Shown: positions 63,712 through 64,000 of the stretch, piece after piece | How positions within the stretch are numbered: position 1 is the first letter of the stretch | Layout of the letters: every line of letters starts with the position of its first letter | DNA from: an uncultured Candidatus Binatia bacterium | GTDB lineage: Bacteria; Desulfobacterota; Binatia; Bin18 | DNA: 64,000 nucleotides | Assembly (NCBI GenBank): GCA_965214605.1 | Contig: OZ243961.1 | Span: 1,056,001 to 1,120,000, forward strand | Direction: 5' to 3' | Notes under the pieces: model-generated | Told to the model about the DNA's origin: nothing | What the model saw: the letters and a program-made list of their open reading frames with translations, nothing else | The model's database searches: none | Position numbers and translations under genes: made by a program

Positions 63712-64000
63712 ATGACAGTAGCCTCCCCCCTTCTCCCCGACCCAATAGCCAAGCTGGTCGCTGGCGCCTTAGCCTTCCGCCAGGACGAATACGGAGCTGG
63801 CAGCAGCCTCATGCCCCGTTTGGCCGCTGGCCAGCAGCCCCACGTCCTGATGATTGGATGCAGCGACTCGCGCGTTGATCCGGCCCTACTCTGCGGTACA
63901 AGGCCTGGCGATCTATTCGTTGTTCGCAATGTCGCTAACCTAGTGCCGGCCTATGACCAGCGCGACAGCCTGGGCCAGGGGGTGCGCGCAGCTCTCGAAT
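63712..64000 (+). CDS. Beta-class carbonic anhydrase (partial; not in ORF track)
   Basis: Manual translation: [18 protein letters not shown]...[15 protein letters not shown]...AALE. Confidence 0.93.
   Translation, partial: MTVASPLLPDPIAKLVAGALAFRQDEYGAGSSLMPRLAAGQQPHVLMIGCSDSRVDPALLCGTRPGDLFVVRNVANLVPAYDQRDSLGQGVRAALE

Overview
This is a 64-kb bacterial chromosomal window with a GC-rich background. The gene mix (several amidohydrolases and LLM flavin monooxygenases, a CoA-transferase, Mla, TamAB) suggests a diderm, possibly Binatia/Tectomicrobia-like, host-associated organism; this is inference only. Core genes include cysS (partial), acs, mlaEFD-mlaA-mlaC, a glutamate dehydrogenase, otsA, trpS, pheST, tamAB, a DegT-family aminotransferase, a hydantoinase A and a partial beta-carbonic anhydrase. 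Three loci stand out: (1) a tight five-gene operon at 48.9-54.3 kb encoding a large helical/TPR-like protein, a J-domain protein lacking the canonical HPD motif, a GrpE-like protein, a divergent Hsp70 and a Zn-ribbon/TPR-like protein; (2) a three-oxygenase cluster at 34.7-38.7 kb (LLM monooxygenase, Rieske alpha/beta, heme-oxygenase-like diiron protein); (3) two very GC-rich cassettes carrying poly-G tracts, one an ExoL-like glycosyltransferase and one an HTTM-like/DCC1 fusion pair. Most long spacers are decayed genes (AAA+/DUF4143 ATPase, sulfotransferase, sulfatase, glycosyltransferases, two Uma2 copies, ISL3). A ~175-bp diverged direct repeat brackets tamAB. I found no rRNA, tRNA or CRISPR array. 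All family assignments come from motif recognition by eye, not database searches.
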